DNA of 64,000 nucleotides from Lingula anatina (taxonomy: Eukaryota > Animalia > Brachiopoda), in the NCBI GenBank assembly GCA_051362555.1, contig CM120640.1:58630788-58694787 (forward strand), read 5' to 3'. Numbering within the stretch: position 1 is the first letter of the stretch; every line of letters begins with the position of its first letter. Shown here piece by piece: positions 32,975 through 46,022 of the stretch. The notes under the pieces are model-generated. The model searched no databases. It was not told the origin of the DNA and was given only the letters and a program-made list of their open reading frames with translations. The position numbers and the translations under genes were made by a program.

Positions 32975-35900
32975 ATGGCACTACTGAATTCTTCAATAGC
33001 TATGGATAGACATTTAGAAGTCTTGCACGTACACCAAAGTAGGTAAAATGGTAGAATATCTGTAACTGAGTGAAAGTTTGTCTGAGTTTTTCATCAAAAA
33101 TCGTCTCAAAGTTATTTCAATCATGCAATTTGTAGTTGCATTTTAATGATATAATTTGGTAACTGGTAGTGGTAGTTACTGCTACAGTACAGGACAGTAA
33201 CACACCTGAGTATAAATAAACCTTTTGAATTCTTACGTCTCATTCACATCAAAAGATATTCATATTTAGTGATACCATGTTTGCCAATTGTTCAGAACGT
33301 CATTTTTCAAGAATTAAATGACTGCCTTGATGTTAAGCATGAACTTATTATTGAAATTTTGCTTTTTAAAAGTATTTTACCATGTAGCATGGCAATCCAT
33401 GCATTAGCACTCCTATTTACGATCTATGATATTTACTTTATGTGCTAACGCATGAAAGATACAGGTGCAAGCATGTCCACTGCGATGCGAGGGCTCTCAT
33501 ATATATCTTTATCTTACTTTAGGCCACACTTTTTTATTTTCATGGATGACATCCTCTCGGGACCCCGAAATTGGTGCAAGAGGGTGAAAAAAAAAAAAAA
33601 AAAACAGTCCAAAAAAAAAAAAATACTGCTTAAGTAAAGGAATGCTGTCAGCGCAAAGCTGGAAACACAAATTTACCACAGAAACACGTATTAACCTAAC
33701 AATATGTCTTTATCCATGCTCTCAAAATATAAAAAAAAGCATTGTAAATACTTCGTAGAAAGGTAAAAAAGTCATGAATAGATATGCTGCATATTTCCAA
33801 ATCTATTTAAGGTTATTTCATGCATTTTGTTGGTAGGCCTATATAGCAATCAATAAAACAAATATCAAACAAACAGTATTTTTATTTGTACTCTCAGATT
33901 CACAATATTAAAGCATTATGAACACTTAACAGAAATGTTAAAAAAATGATGCAAAGATATGCTTAATACTACCAAATCTATTCATTTCGGTCCAGGGGCG
34001 GATCCAGAGATATTTTCTGACAGTCTTCCAAATTATCTTTGTTAGTCCATCCTTCATTTTTGACCATCTTCCGACAAAAAATTTATATAGGCTACCCGTC
34101 AGTGTAAACTTAAAAACCTGACCGTCTTCCAGAAGACCCAGAAGACGGCCTCAATCCGCCCCTGTGGTCGATGCCATTTTGTCTACTTCAACTCACAGGA
34201 AGCAGCCAAACTGTCGGGTGGCCTGTCCGACCTTCAGCCCACCAAATACAACTGTACCTTGACGCCCTTGTCGACCCTTTTTTCGCTAGTACAAAAAAAC
34301 CTGGTATGTGCTGCTTTGGACAGAATGTCACTGAAATTTTCCGGGCGATAATCGCTGGCTGCCGTCAGTCCTTCGTATAATTGTAAAAAGGTGATATCTC
34401 CATGCCCAATATCAATGGCATACCAATCTAAAATGATGACCCCCGTTCTCTTAATGACTTTAATTGTCATGTAATTTGAAAGTAATCCTAGAGATGAATT
34501 TGACGGCAAAGCGGCCATATTTCCACGTGGTGATAATATGCATGCGCAGAAAGCTCATTTTCCGGCAAATTCAATTTATTACGATGTTTGTGACAACCGA
34601 CTTCGTTGGGGTGATTTTTCTTTTTTTTTTTTTACGGAGAACGCACAGGATGTCATCCAGAAAAATAAAAAAGTGTGGCCTTACCTCAGTATAGTACTTC
34701 ACCGCCTTAAGTCACACAGTCCTCGTAAAGCCATCCAGTTTTCCCAAATAATCAGTTTTACCCCCACCCCACCCACCAGGAGGCAACCTACCGTGCAGAA
34801 TTGTTTACAATGGAATGTACCCTGGAAGTTGTTTAGTTCTAGAATTGGTATACGAGCAGTAATAATCTTTAACATACTTCTCACAATCAGAACTCCCCTT
34901 CCCCTTCATTAGTGTATATATGAGTTCACAGTGGCATAACGGGTAGATGAGCAGATGAATCTTACCTAGGTCATGCTCTTGCATCATGATTTTGACTCAC
35001 TTCACAATCAAATGTCTAAAGGCAAAGTAGTCTTGAATGGACTGTATATATATATGTATATGTTTATCCTCTTTTTCTTTCATAGGTGGTGGTTTACTGA
35101 TAGGAGCTGGCAGTTTGACAGGGAGACTGTGGACTGGATCATTCTGGTTCTTTGACAACCCAGAGAATGCCCCTGATGCAGAAAAGTGTGCTGTTGGAAT
35201 GCATGTGGAGTCTGGAGTTACTGACCTCCAGTGGATAAATGACTACCTCATCATTTCAGGCTACGATTCAGGTTTATTGCACCACATTAAACGAGGACTG
35301 TGGTCTTTCTACAGTGACTACTTACATGTGATCAAAAGCCCGGTCAATTAAAATTTGCCATAATATTTTCACCTATTTTGTTGCTGTGATATAAAAACAG
35401 AAATTCACATATTGTTATATGTTATAATTTCAGTGCATCCGCTAAACCAGTACTTGAATTAAAACAGTTGTCAGTAATGAGTGTAGGCCAGTTGACATTC
35501 TTTTTTGATAAATACATTCTACATGAGCTGACACATACATTGTGACTTTTTAGGTGGTATAAATATTTGGAAGTTTACAGAGGACTTGCAAACTGTAAAC
35601 CCTATTTATCATGCCTTTGAACACGATGACATGGTGAAATCCCTCAGTGTGGCACAGGGAGGTGCAGCAGCAGTGTCAGGGGGATATGACTGCAGGTGAG
35701 ACACAACCACAATTGTATTTATTTGTCAGTAATCACATTTCTGTTACGAACTGAAAAGTTTCATCAGCTTAATATGAGTGTTATGCAATGTGAAATGCCA
35801 AAGGATAGTCAAGTAGTGAATTAACTACATTGTGTATAATTTAAAAATGGAATGAATTGAAGAAAAAGCAGCATGTGATGTCAATGTATTTATAAAAGGA

Positions 35901-37863
35901 TATTTTCCAGGGATTATTTAAGATCTGTTAGGAAGACAGGGTAGTTAGTGCTGTACCATAGCTAGCGTAGCCATCAAGGGCAGAAAAATGATTTGAACTC
36001 TGTTTCTGTTTGTCTTTTAGAATCAAAGTATGGGACATTGAAGAACAACAATCCAGCAACACTTTTCAAGGTTAGCTTGTTATCTAGATGTCATTAAATG
36101 ACTGCATGCTTTCTTACTGTATTTGATATCTACGAGGGTGGATTTTGCTCATCTTTTTTAAAATTTTGTATGATCTAAGTTCATATTCATTGTTAATGGA
36201 GCACCAAACATTGTTACAAAATTTTCTTTATTTCAGGTCACTCTGATGCCATCACTTGTGTAGCATGTCATCCTAGAGATTCCAGTGTATTTCTCTCTAG
36301 TTCACAGGTATATGATATATTTTTTTTTAAAGAAACTTAATTTTTACAAAAAGTAATCCAGATATAACATTGTTCAGGGAGTTTGATAGTCAGATTTTGT
36401 AACATAATTGCTAGAAATTTCTCTAATGGAATGATCTATGCTTATTTATATATTTGTTTATTGTTTAGGATGGAAACATATTACTTTGGGACACAAGAAA
36501 CCCAAAGCCAGCTCAGCTTATTGGTAAGATATGTAAAGATGGACTAAGTACAGTTTGTCCTGACATTCTGAATATTGTTAAATCAACCTTGCTTTAAATA
36601 CTATATACAAATAACAATTTTATAATTATCATAATAATTAATTATTGTAGTGATGATACTTATATTCTTTTAATTTCAAGAACTCCATTTTTCAATTTTT
36701 TTTCTGTTTTCAGAGAAAGCCCCCCCTTCTTTAATAACAACCTGTTTGTCATGGCAGCCAGATAATGAATGGGAGTTTGCTATGGGAGATGAATTTGGAA
36801 CTATAGTAGGATTAGATTTAAGGCAGTCAGGTACAGCTACATACACACTCAAGCCACATACCAGATCAGTCCACAAAGTGGCATTTGATACAAAGAGGTT
36901 TGTATATTTCAAATGAAATTATAGAACCATATTTTCATTGAGAAAAGATTTCACAGTCTCGTGAGATGACATGGAAACTTGGTCAATACTGATAATTTCT
37001 AATAATTTTTATTTCTGATGCATTAGTTGCTATCAAACTAGGCACAATGTGTTGCATTTACCTACCTTAAAATGTCGCCTCTGCCACAATGCACACATTA
37101 TATGGTGTTAACTCTTATGCTGCAACTTTGATATTGAAGCACATTTATCTTTGTCTTTGTGTTGTAGTTTACAAGTTGTTTTCAAATATAAGGTTGAAGT
37201 TAATTATTAACCATCTCCTCATCTACATACCACTGTTCCAACTTTTTTGTATCAAAACATATTTATCAAAGTTCACACAGATAAAATATTATGCCAATTG
37301 CAGAAAATGTTGTTTTGTAAGCTTAATGTGATGCCCACAGTTTTCAGTTCCCAGTGTCAAAATTCACTTTATTATGCAATTTATTGAACAATAATAGCAG
37401 CAGAGAGTAGCAAAGGTAATCACTTGGTGAAAATGTTTCAGTTTAACATCATAAATGATAAGTGCATGATACACACTATATGATACATTGGTAGTGGGTA
37501 AAAGATATTGCTAGATATTGATTTTTTCAATTTGGCATTTTTTAGTTTTTGATTTTATTTATTCATTAAGTATTAATTGGCCTTAAGAATCATGTATAAC
37601 ACGTTTGTTCAAAATTATTTACTTTTATTTAGGCTGAGCTTATACTGGCCACTATATTTTAGACTGAATCGGTTTTAATTAAATTTGAAATGTAAACAGT
37701 TCATAGTGTTTGCAAGCATACTCTGATAGTGGTTTGGGTTTTGAAATATATGTATTTTTAGTGAGTGTTTTCATTATTGTTTCAGGCCAAATTTCTTAGC
37801 ATCAGTATCAGAAGATTGCAGTGTAGTGGTAACAGAACTTAATCCCTCAGGAGTTAGAGAAAT
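32975..37863 (+). CDS. WDR77: Methylosome protein 50 (WDR77/MEP50), WD40 partner of PRMT5; terminal exon not found in window
   Basis: Exons: 32975-33038 (MALLNSSIAMDRHLEVLHVHQ), 35086-35271 (GGLLIGAGSLTGRLWTGSFWFF...ESGVTDLQW..YDSG), 35554-35695 (EHDDMVKSLSV..AVSGGYD), 36021-36070 (IKVWD), 36237-36307, 36469-36523 (DGNILLWDTRNPKPA), 36714-36897, 37786-37863 (LASVSEDCSVVV). Phases are consistent, and the last exon ends at an open donor (gtaagt). Confidence 0.92.
33993..34164. mobile_element. hAT-like MITE in WDR77 intron 1
   Basis: CAGGGGCGGAT ... ATCCGCCCCTG, flanked by cggtc/tggtc (5-bp TSD with one mismatch). Confidence 0.65.
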
Positions 37864-37869
37864 GTAAGT

Positions 37870-37908
<39 letters not shown>

Positions 37909-39112
37909 AAATACCAGGGAGAAAATGCCAAATCTCACACAACCCAAAAATTTCAGAAAGTTAAGAAATTAGTTGGGCTTTTGATAAATTGTTAAAAAAT
38001 TGGGGAATATCAAAAGAGCAATGTAATATACAAGTTTACAAGTTTTCCTTCTTCATCATTAGTCTGCCATCCTGTCTCTGAATGCATTTGGAATAGTGTC
38101 AGGATAATTAATCACTTGACTTTTCACATTAGCATATAATTGTAGTCTGTTCTGTGGCTGGTCAAAATATACTGAAATTGTGTGTCACTCAGTAAAATAT
38201 GACTTTCTGGTCAATGTTTACAATCATGACCAAACAGAAAGGCACCACAGTAATCATTTTTGGTTGTATTGCCAAATTATTTATGTATCCTGCACTTGAT
38301 GTTTAAGTTCTGACACTAATGTGATTTGCCATGATTAAAATTAGCATTTTTCATCCTCACTTTGGCGCCAGTGAATTGAAAGTGACAAATTACAAGTAAG
38401 GCAGTCTTTAACTGACTGGCTATTGGCAGGAGATAACTTACACTAACTTAAGGTGTAATCGATTGTAAAAGAATCTGTTTAAATTCTTGCTGTGCGCTAT
38501 TAGGAAGATTGTTGGTTGTAAATGCTCTGGCTTTGAGTTCCCAATGTAAGAATACCATGCATTAGTAAAGATCAGTATGTTCTGCCTTCTGTTTGACTGG
38601 TTTATTGATTTGGCTTTATTACTGACCTTGCCACTAACCATTCAGCAATACTGCTGATAATCTGATACAAGAAACAGCATAGGAAAGTTGAAATATATTT
38701 TTTTTTCATGACAGTTATGATGATATTATCAAGTATTTATAATGGTAATCATGTTTTCAGTGATTTCACAACATTTATACTTGAACCACTGAATTGCTGG
38801 GTTTTGTGAGTTTTGTTATATATACTGTATCTTTTCAAATGTCAGCTGGAAAGTGATCTTTTGTCTGCACTTTCACATTTTTAAATATACTTGGTTTAAA
38901 TTTTATTTTTGGCTTAGGTATCTTTTTACCTTAGAAGATATATCATAGTAAAGAATGCATTATGCATCATTTCCCTTTGGCATATAAATGCAAAAAAAAA
39001 TTGTGATATTGCATTGTTGTTACCCTAGGTTCTGTGATGGACAGTAACCATGTATTCTTGAACATAATCATTGATGTGCCACTTTGATTACAACCAGGAA
39101 GAGCTATATGTC

Positions 39113-39114
<2 letters not shown>

Positions 39115-39162
<48 letters not shown>
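39115..39162. repeat. (GT)n microsatellite
   Basis: About 22 GT units. Confidence 0.9.
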
Positions 39163-40689
39163 CTTGATTGCTACTTTTTAATATTGGATTCTTGTTGATA
39201 GAAAAGTGATGCATGTGTTACTTATCTTGTTGGGTCCAATTACCATTAAATGTTTTTGTAAGGAATTTGGTTTTTTGTCCTAGATGGATTATAAGATTAG
39301 GATTCCTTGCATTTGACTGACCTTTACCTGGTGCATAGTGTTACTAACAAATAAGGAAAGAAGAACCTAAAAGATTGTTTTTTTGTGTAAATGTGTGTGT
39401 GTATTCTCATAAAATTTTTCACAAAAAATAAGTTATCATACGTATGCTATCTAAATAATTAAACATAAGTGGAACTATGTAGTCCTTCTCATTGGCGTGA
39501 GTTGAGGTAAATAGCAATGTTGAAACAAAAAATAGAGTGGGACCTGGTAAGGTCATGGGAACTGAAGAGAAGAAATTATTAACTGGTCCAGTAGGAGTGT
39601 TTGAATGACATTTTGGCCTCATATGCACCCCAGGGGCAGTGCTTAAAGTGCATTAATCATATTGCTTGTTACACAGGGACACTCAATGAGAGGTTTGAAT
39701 GCCTAAATTTCATCGGAAGTTTTTCCTTCACATTATGATTTGATTGGCAATGCATAATTATGGTGACCAGTAGAGATTTGTATAGATAGAGTCCTCTTCT
39801 AGCCAGTTCGTGCCAAGTAGAATTAAGATGTTCATTTTTTACTCAACCATCAGCAACTTAATTTTTTAGAAATGTTTTATTTGCTAGACCTTGTAAACTT
39901 AGCCTGAAATTGAGGACACTCAGTGTTTATCCTGGGCCAGAATTAGGCAGAGTGCATTTTAAAAAAAGGAAAGATCAGAAGAAAAATTTAAAGAAAAAAA
40001 AAACATACTTCACTGTTTGAAAGTGACCTTGTGTGTTACAGTCAAGGTTATGATATTGATTTTCAAATTTATACAAGCTTGACTGGTTATCATTGTGATT
40101 AAGTTTTGAATATAAAAATAGTTGAATAAAAATAAGATTGCAGTATAAACTGTTACCATAGCAAATATACATAATATATTACTTATCAACCCTTTTGTGG
40201 TACAAAAACTGAATAAAAGTTGTGTTGATATGTTCATGGCAATCATGATTTTAAGAAATAGTATTTTTAAATTTTGTTTTTTGTTACAGTATTAAATGTT
40301 ATGTATGTCAGCAGCAGTCTACCTCTCCCATGCCAACCTGATACCTTGTTGATTAAGATTGATTAGGAAAATGTTTTTGTTTTTCTCCAGATTTTGAAAT
40401 TGCCTAAATTATGGGACAGCACAGTAATATGAATTGAAAGCTGTATTCCCATGTGATGGGATGAATCTAGTGATACCTTGGTTGACATGATTGCTGTCCT
40501 CACTAAGGTTAACTATTAGCTAGGAAAGGGACATGTCTTTGATGTACAATGTAGGTCTTTTGCTAGTACAAATAATGTTGCCTTTTTTGAATGCCCTAGT
40601 TTTGTTTGCAGAATTTTTTTCATGTGCAGACACAGTGTTAGGAGTTGTGCTATATGTATTTCAAAAAGTACCTCACAATGATCCACGGT

Positions 40690-41045
40690 GAAAATAAAAT
40701 GTGAAATACTCCAAAACTGGCAGAGATATGCCAATAGTTAATATTGAACTTAAATAGGAAGTAATATATTGCCAAACTTACTGTGACCTTAAATTAGACC
40801 TTTGACATACTTTTCACCATGAACTGTGCTTTGCAAATATCTGACCTTATATCTCCAAAACTGGCAGAGATACCCCAAACTTACTCTTGGACTAAAATAG
40901 CAAATCATATATATTGGCAATATTAATATAATTTTGAATTTGACCTTTGACCTACTTTTTCACATAATATGCACTTTGCATATTTACTAGTTCCAATTTC
41001 TCTACAACAAAACCAGATGTATCCATAGCTACTATTTGACTTGAG
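40690..41045 (+). repeat. Two to three diverged monomers of the 146-bp HINE-1 satellite
   Basis: ctccaaaactggcagagata...gaacttaaataggaag...tgacctt..gacctttgac..cttttcaccatgaac, repeated at ~146-150 bp spacing. Confidence 0.75.
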
Positions 41046-44000
41046 TGAGCTAAATCTTGTTAAAAAACTTGGTTTTCAGCATCATGTAGAATTACATCAA
41101 AATTGACAAAATAACCTATTTTATGCATCATTATTTGTACATTTTACAACTTTGATGCTTGTCTATCTGAGATGTCAAACTAAAAGGTATGGTGTAAGAG
41201 GCTTAAACTTAATACATCTACACCATTATATAGCAAAAAAAAAGAATTTCCCTGGAAACTTCATCAATTTTCACATATTGGCCAAGGTATACCCTCTACA
41301 AAAATGCTGAGAAAATGAAAAGCCAATGAGACATTTTCAAGTAATACATTTTTAATATGGTCAACTCATCCAAATTTGTCAACCTCCATCTGTAGGTACG
41401 GCCCTAATTTCTTGTCAAGTCTTGGAAGTTACTCATGAATGAAATACTATGGCTGAAGCCCGAATGTTACTAGGGAAATGTCTGCCAAGTGTGGTGATAA
41501 GAGAGGTGAAGAAATAATGGTAGCCACTCTGCTAAGAAAAACCCAGAAAATGGCAAGAGATCAGAAAAGAAGCACTTGAACAGTTAATGTTGAAAGTGTG
41601 GGCGCCATTGGAAACAGTTCAGGAAAGGTTAAAATGAAGCATCAACTGTGAGGTGAAAAATCGATATGACAGGCCCAGTTTCTTTCCGTGTACAAAAAAT
41701 TGACCATAAAAGATGTAGTGCTGGAAAATGTGAAAAGTTACTTGGAAATTTTATGCAAACTATGTAAAAAAATTCAAGAAATTGCAGCTGATGTTGTGAA
41801 AGAAAACTTCTCCAACTCAAGAAAACATGAAAATATGGAAAAAGAGTATATGGAGTACATATGGAATGTTTAAGTGCACATCGACTGTCTTAAAGGAAAA
41901 ATACCCAATCTCAATTCAAGGTGCCAAGGATTAAAGCTGAATGTGTTCACAACTCTTTCATTCCATTTTCATTAACTAGTTTCTAGAGACCTGTGCTTGT
42001 TTGATCTTGAGCTTCATTTATAAATCTTTTTTTTTTTTTTTTTTTTTTACTTATGCAAATATATTTTGTACATCTTTATTGTAATAAACTTATTATAAAT
42101 GTTTAAGATACCAACATTTGCCTCTGACACTGAAGGTAACCTAGTTTATCTCACTCTCTCCCTACATTTGTACCAGGTTAAATAATCTAGCATAGAATTT
42201 CTGGAAAAAAAGAAAAAGAAACATAGCCTTAGCATTTGTTTAAATTGACAAAATAGCTTTTCTTTGGAAACATTGCCTTCAACAAACATCTTGCTCAGTT
42301 GTCCTTCCTTGGGGTTATGCCTGAAGGAATAGTTTCCTGCAAAAATTGGATTTTCTATTGATTTTGCATTAACTTAATTTGCCCTAATTGAAGTGAGACA
42401 ATTTTTCACTGTAAGTAGCTCATAATGTTAGCTTTAAACAGTTTAACAGCCAATATTAGCAGTGATAACAACATTTAAAAACTTTTTGTTCAATTGGGAA
42501 CATACCATTAAGCTACCAAGTCAGTTGAAGAACTTTTTTCTTCTTTTTGTTGGAATCAAACAATTGAAATAACAGTCTTAATATTCTCTTATAAAGAATA
42601 GGCTATATCTAAATGAAAAGCATAATAAACATAATCTGATGTAGTATGAATTTAAGATTTCCATGCTTTATTTCACTGTCATATTTAGTTTGTGTGTGCA
42701 CACATTATGGTGATGCCATCATGGTCTTTCTATATCTTCAAGACTACAAACAGATGGAGTTTATCTTTTAAAAGCTCTTGTCTCTTGAGCACAGGCTAAA
42801 ACATCTGCTCCTTGTTATAGGACTAGATCACACAGGGGACTTTGGTTTAATTGTTGGAAACAACAAAATTCATACAAATTCATTTCGAGATAATAATAGG
42901 CCAAGAAAAGAGATTTTCATAGCAGTATGTTTTATATTTATTGTTATTAATGATACCCAAAATAAATGAGTCTTTAGAGGCCTGAACTTTATAAAGCTCA
43001 TTTTCATGTACTCCCATTGTGGATTACTACTGCTTGGTTTTCATGATATCAGAACTGAGAGTCAAAACACAAAAATTAAAATAAAAATGTTATACTGGCT
43101 ACATTTTGTTCTAGCAATTTTTTTAAACATTTGAATTCTAGCTTTACACCATCCCCACACACATGTAATAGAGCAGTTTTACCAAAAGAGCAAAATACAG
43201 TGCTTTGGTACATAATCATGATTTTTTATGTACAGACACAGATGTGTCTGTACATATTGCCATCACCTGCGTCTGTCGTCGCCATCGCCGTCGCCGTCGC
43301 CGTGCACTTTCAGCATTAACACCATAAGTGGAAGACAGTTTTACTTTTTGGCATTATATTTACAGAGCTGATGATTATTCATAAAACACAGGTCAAGTTC
43401 GAAAATCGGCATGATCGGGCCACTATTTTAGTAGTTATGCTGTTTTTTCACTTTTCAGCATATATGCAACACTGTTAACACATTTCAAGGAAAACCTTAG
43501 GCCTGTTGTCATGAAACTCACAGGAGTAATCAATCTTACTAAAACGCAGGTCAAGTTCAAAAATCAGCATAATCGGGCCATTATTTTATAAGTTATGCTG
43601 TTTTTTCACATTTCCTCAGATTCAATTCTTAGGCATGTTAACAGTTTCATTATTTAATTTATAAGATACGTAAAAGTGTTTGTTTGACATTTCCTGCATC
43701 TTTACAACATTCTTAGTTGATTATGTAAAAATGATGGTAAACTTGTTATCGTGTATTGTGTAATAAAGTGTCAAAAATGGAAATAAACTCATATCATTGC
43801 AGTTTGTAAGATTCAATCATTCACTATGTTCAGAATCTCAGAATGGAGGAAATTGGACATTTGACACTGTTCTATTGATATTTTTCACATCTCATCAATT
43901 TTCTTAGTTGATCATATAAAAATGACAGTAAACTGTAAATTTTGTTTTATGTTAAAAAAGTGTTTAAAATGGAAATAAACCTATTTCAGAACAGTGCTGT

Positions 44001-45785
44001 CTTGTTTCACATTTCCTCAGATTCAATTCTTAGGCATGTTAACAGTTTCATTATTTAATTAATAAGAGACGTAAAAGTCTTTGTTTGACATTTCCTGCAT
44101 CTTTACAACATTGTTAGTTAATTTTGTAAAAATGATGTTAAACTTGTTATCGTGTATTGTGTAATAAAGTTTCAAAAATGGAAATAAACTCATATTATTG
44201 CAGTTTGTCAGATTCAATCATTCACTATGTTCAGAATCTCAGAATGGAAGAAAATGGACATTTAACACTGCTCTATTGATATTTTCCCATCTCATCAATT
44301 TTTTTAGTTGATCATATAAAAATGGCAGCAAACTTAATTTTGTTTTATGTTAAAAATTGTTAAAAATGAAAAAAAAAATCATTTCAGAACAGTGCTGTCT
44401 TGTTTACATTTTGGCATTTTCAAGTTGTGACTTTGAAGTTCCATGGGCCTGAAGACCTTTGCTAGTCACATTTTCTGAATATCCATAATACTAATATTTC
44501 ATTATTAAAAGTTGATGGTCATTATGCTGTTAAACGTTATGTAATATTGCATCAAAATTTGAAAAAAACCTATTTTGGGCACTGCTTCCATGATGACCAT
44601 TTAAGAAAAAACCATGTCACTTACTGTTCTCAAACTTACAGGAAAGAAACATGGGACTAAAATACAGCTTCAGTAGGCAATGGAGTCTGTTTGGTAATTC
44701 TTTCTGCTAGTTAAACAGTTTTTTTTTGTGAAAATTTAATTTTTCACATATTGGCATTTTCAAGGTGTGACTATGAAGTTCCACGGGCTTGAAGACCCAT
44801 GCTAGTCACATTATCTGAAAATCTATGATACGTATATTTTATTATTAAAAATTGACGGTCATTTTGCTGTTAACCGTTATGTAATTGTGCATCAGAATAG
44901 AAGAAAACACAATTTTGGGTGCTGCTGCCATGATGACCATTATGGGAAAACCATGTTACTTATGATTGCCAAACGTTCAAAAAAGAAATACAGGACTAAA
45001 AGCCTGAGTTGGAAAAGCAGTCTAATTGTACCACCAGCGTTAGCGCTGGCGGTACACATGGTTTCGGTCCCGTCCGGATCGTTCCGCCGGCTCCGCCGGC
45101 TCCGTTGGCTCCGCCGGACGGCTACCGTTACCGCTTCTCCTCCTAGACGGTAAGGGCCCCCGTACCCATCTCATGGATTTAGGTCACCTATAATCTCAAC
45201 TCGTTCCACGTAAAATTTGGGCTTTGTCGGTATTGGGGTCTGGGTGTGGCACTCATTGCAATGCACCCTTGTCTAAAAATGGCAAAATTAAATGCTAATT
45301 ATCTACCCTACGGAAGGAGTTATGGGAAAAATTTCTATAGACGGCTTTCCAAAAGTCATATGTGTAGATTTCAAATATACCCTTGGATTTGACCTTTGAC
45401 CTCTACTTCAAGGTCAAATGGGCCAAAATTTTCAAAAAAATGAAATTTTTTACGAAAAAAATTTTTTTTGCCCTGTTATTCAGACACCACACAGACTTAA
45501 CCAATAATATTATTGGAAAGTGTTACCCTTCAGGTCATCTTTCATCTCCATGAATTTGGGGTCAATCGGTGCATTTTCACGGGAGTAGCGGCCATAAGAT
45601 ACCGAAACTGAAAACTGTCTCTAATTCGGGAACCGTTAATGCTAGAGACCCATTCTTTTTTGCATTTTGTAGAGCATGTAAAGCCCAACACTGGAGGTGG
45701 TCTCGGTTTTTTTGTATTCCATACGGTTTTCGAGTTACGCTGTATCAAAAAGTACATATTGGTGGTAAAAGCAAAATGTGCAGTA

Positions 45786-45991
45786 CGGTAATGGATAATA
45801 AATTTTGAACTCTGGAAAAATAAAACACAAGGCTTGGCAAAGCAGACAACTTGTGTTCAAAAATGACATTATTTCATCAAATTTGAACTTCTGAAACTTC
45901 AGAGCACCTCCTATTTCAAGAATTTTGACCAAAATGACATTTTCTTTATTTTAATTAATTTTTTCTGTACGAAATTTAAGGCACATTATGG
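45786..45991. mobile_element. Tc1/mariner-like MITE carried inside HINE-1
   Basis: TA|CGGTAATG ... GGCACATTATGG|TA. The right ~110 bp align with 16545-16660, and the same insert is at the same position in the copy at 58910-59115. Confidence 0.65.
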
Positions 45992-46022
45992 TAACTCCAA
46001 AATTATAACATCTAGTCCCTGA

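Noticed and set aside
34171-34303. Alternative WDR77 first exon (MPFCLLQ...KKP G|gtatgt)
   Set aside because: It is phase-compatible, but 32975-33038 gives the MEP50-like MDRHLEVLHVH sequence and sits at the bidirectional promoter. This candidate starts just past a MITE end.
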